From Aplysia californica (lineage: Eukaryota), in contig NW_004797421.1 of the NCBI RefSeq assembly GCF_000002075.1, forward strand, positions 567,041-631,040: 64,000 nucleotides of DNA, given 5' to 3'. This document shows, one piece after another, positions 61,574 to 64,000 of the stretch. The notes beneath the pieces are model-generated. The model made no database searches. It was not told where the DNA came from and worked only from the letters and a program-made list of their open reading frames with translations. Position 1 is the stretch's first letter, and the number at the start of each line of letters is the position of its first letter. Both the position numbers and the translations under genes were made by a program.

Positions 61574-62600
61574 TTTAAAAAAGAAAACATCTGAAATAGA
61601 TTTAACAGATTACCGGTGTATCGAAGGTTTCAAGACAAAAATAGAGTAGGATCTGAATTGATTGGGGCATAAGCTAATTTTGCATTTAGAGATTGTTAGA
61701 ATCTCTCATCAATTTTTTGGAAGAGGCTAGCCGTACTTAATGACGGCTAGACTAGTTGGCTAGCCGTACTTAAGTATGGCTAGACAGCTGGGCTAGCCGT
61801 ACTTATTCTTAATTAATATGATGGCTAGACTGACCATTAAAAAATAGGCCTACTGAATTGTAAAAATATAAATTTTTAGTTTGCAGTACCAAAAGTATTA
61901 TTTGTATTTGAGTCGAAACCAGGTGCCTTATTAATGACAGGAACATTTATATTGACCGGTGGATAAGGGACAATCACCCTACTGCATAAAACCTTCAACA
62001 ACTTTTGGGCTACCCCGTCCAGGAGTGGCAGAACCTACCACTACAAGTTCTCTGAAGGCATGTCCTGTCCATACATTAACGCTGTACCGAGTGTTTGATC
62101 AAACGGGGTGGCTATACTCACTATTGACAATGTTCGTGAAGAGCTATGGCTGTTCAGACTTTTGACTTTTGAAATCCAACCAGTGTAATTTAAACTCATT
62201 TTTCATGAACTTTTCGTTGCTCTTGAAATCTGAAATTGTGCACACATGTAATCTAGAAAGTCGAAAGCATCTTTTTTGAAAAAGTGAATAAATTCAGTTG
62301 AACTGTTTTTCAGTTACCTTTCTTTGAATTTTTGTTCCTTGACTTTTTAGTGCGAGTTTACCTTGACTTTTTAGTGCGAGTTTACTACCTCATTGATTTA
62401 GAACTTTTTCTTCTTTTAAGAGAAACCACATTTCTGTCATAACTGTTTTGTTTTCAATGCTTTGTTTTGTATAATTTTCAGCATTTATATAGAACGGTTG
62501 ACCACAGCCGTTTAGAATTCTTGTTTTGGTACTTCTTTAGTCTTTAGCTAATTTTCAAGATTTGACTCATTTTTAAAAAACTTTCCACAGGTATTTTTTT

Positions 62601-62750
62601 GGAAGGACTTGCGTATCAAGCGACCACCCCAACAAACACAATAAAGAAGTGACCAAACCCAAACCCTAACACTAACCTAACTCTCTAACTCTAACCCTCT
62701 CAATTTCATAGTTACAGGCCTAGTGGTCGCTGGTTATGGAATTCCTCACA
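62601..62750 (+). mobile_element. Minimal Helentron/HINE-like element
   Basis: T-run flanks, subterminal IR agcgaccac / gtggtcgct, (CCCTAA)-like tract, terminus shared with the elements ending at 29985 and 40705. Confidence 0.55.
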
Positions 62751-62841
62751 TTTTTAAAAAAGTCGAATGTTTTTCAACACGTCATTATAATCTGATGAGA
62801 TTCTTTCTTTTCTTACATTTTTCAGTACTTCATAAACCAAG

Positions 62842-63079
62842 ATGCCTTCTGAAAAGGCAAAAGTTATACCAGTGATGGTCGCACTTCGGTGTCGCCCACT
62901 CATTGAGAAGGAATTGAAAGAAGGCTGTCAGCCTTGTCTGCACACAGTGCCAGGGGAACCCCAGGTGGTTCTAGGGAAGGACAGGGCGTTCACTTACGAC
63001 TTTTCCTTTGGCCCAACAGATCCACAGGGGGAAGTGTATGAGAAAGCCTGCAAAACTTTGATATCAAGTATTTTCAAAG
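62842..63079 (+). CDS. KIF4: Chromosome-associated kinesin-4 (KIF4), first coding exon; gene continues beyond the window
   Basis: [54 protein letters not shown]...IFKG matches the KIF4 motor N-terminus ([26 protein letters not shown]); acceptor at 62824-62825, donor g|gtaaga. Confidence 0.93.
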
Positions 63080-63548
63080 GTAAGAAAGGAGATGCGGATG
63101 ATTGATTTATCTGAGGTCAGAGTTGAAAATGAGCTACTCACTGACTGAACTGGAGTTGTGGTTACGGTATGATGTACACACATCATTGTACATAGATTAC
63201 ATTCTTCACATTTTGTATGAAGTATTTCTACTGTGACTGAGACCAAGACAAAATGTAAAAAAAATGGCATTCAAATTTTATACAGAGCCAAAATGTTTTA
63301 AGACTGCCACCCATTGCTGTCATGGAGAGAAGTGGTTGTCTTTAGTCAGGAAAATATATCTTGAACAGTTTCAATTTTTGTCCTGTGAAAAACTGCAATG
63401 ATGAGGAGTGGTCATTTTTATACAAGTGGTTGTCTTGGACAGGTGGCTTTTAGAGAAGGTTCTGCTATATTATATATCAACGCCAATAGTATTGGCTGTA
63501 GTGTATCGCACTGTTTTGAGTGGATTGATAGAACCACTTTTTTGAAAG

Positions 63549-63710
63549 GGTGGTTGGCGGGTGTTGTGGTGTGGTTTGTCCCCTTTTTTCCTGTCGAACG
63601 TCAATCATCCTTGTCTCTCCTCCTTTTCTGAATTTGTTACTCTCTTGTAGAACTTCTAATTTTCAGCACTTATATTATGACCTTATTGTGTTGCAAGTGC
63701 CGTAAAACTT
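63549..63710 (+). mobile_element. Short retroposon-like repeat, same family as 53466
   Basis: Same head and tatgaccttattgtgttgcaagtgccgtaaaa tail. Confidence 0.75.
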
Positions 63711-64000
63711 TCGTTAGAGTAAAAATATTTTTTAAAAACCACTCGTGAAAATCAACAGAAAAATGATTCTTATTGACCTATGCTGTCCTATCCTATGACC
63801 GTGCTGCTTTTTAAAGCCTTCATTCACCAAGGTCTCTTAACGTTTCAGTATAACCCTATATGATTTGCTAATTTGTACTCAATGATTTTAAAAATGTCAA
63901 ATTATAAGATAGGGTCTCTTAGATTTGTCCCTCATGCTGGAGGTAGCTAAATAAATTGCTGGGTAACGGTTGTTTGTAAAAGTTCGTGATGCATATTATG

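Overview
Eukaryotic (animal) draft-genome window with many N gaps, microsatellites and a heavy transposon load. The repeat landscape resembles a gastropod mollusc, but that is inference only. Three host genes lie on the + strand. (1) The 3' five exons (68-8407) of a Cys-loop ligand-gated ion channel of the nicotinic-receptor type: intact Cys-loop and cation-type M1-M2 linker (SGEK), but no loop-B Trp and no loop-C Tyr/Cys-Cys. (2) The spliceosomal protein RED/IK, 18 phase-consistent coding exons (30331-51177); its start-codon exon was not found and may lie in the gap at 27033-27191. (3) The first coding exon of a kinesin-4/KIF4 (62842-63079), with a candidate cell-cycle-type promoter near 57.6 kb. 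An inverted, truncated copy of the channel's last exon plus upstream intron lies at about 18.0-22.5 kb. Intronic and intergenic DNA carries RTE and RNase H-type LINEs, mariner, Tc1, hAT, piggyBac-like, Kolobok-like, Sola-like and Helentron-like elements, and at least two tRNA-derived SINE families. The best leads are the orphan channel lacking the acetylcholine-binding residues, a sense-strand minimal hammerhead ribozyme (plus a broken second copy) in one of its introns, the well-conserved inverted exon, and a short retroposon family sharing a LINE 3' tail. No CRISPR array, rRNA or intact tRNA gene was seen. All comparisons were made by eye; no database search was run.
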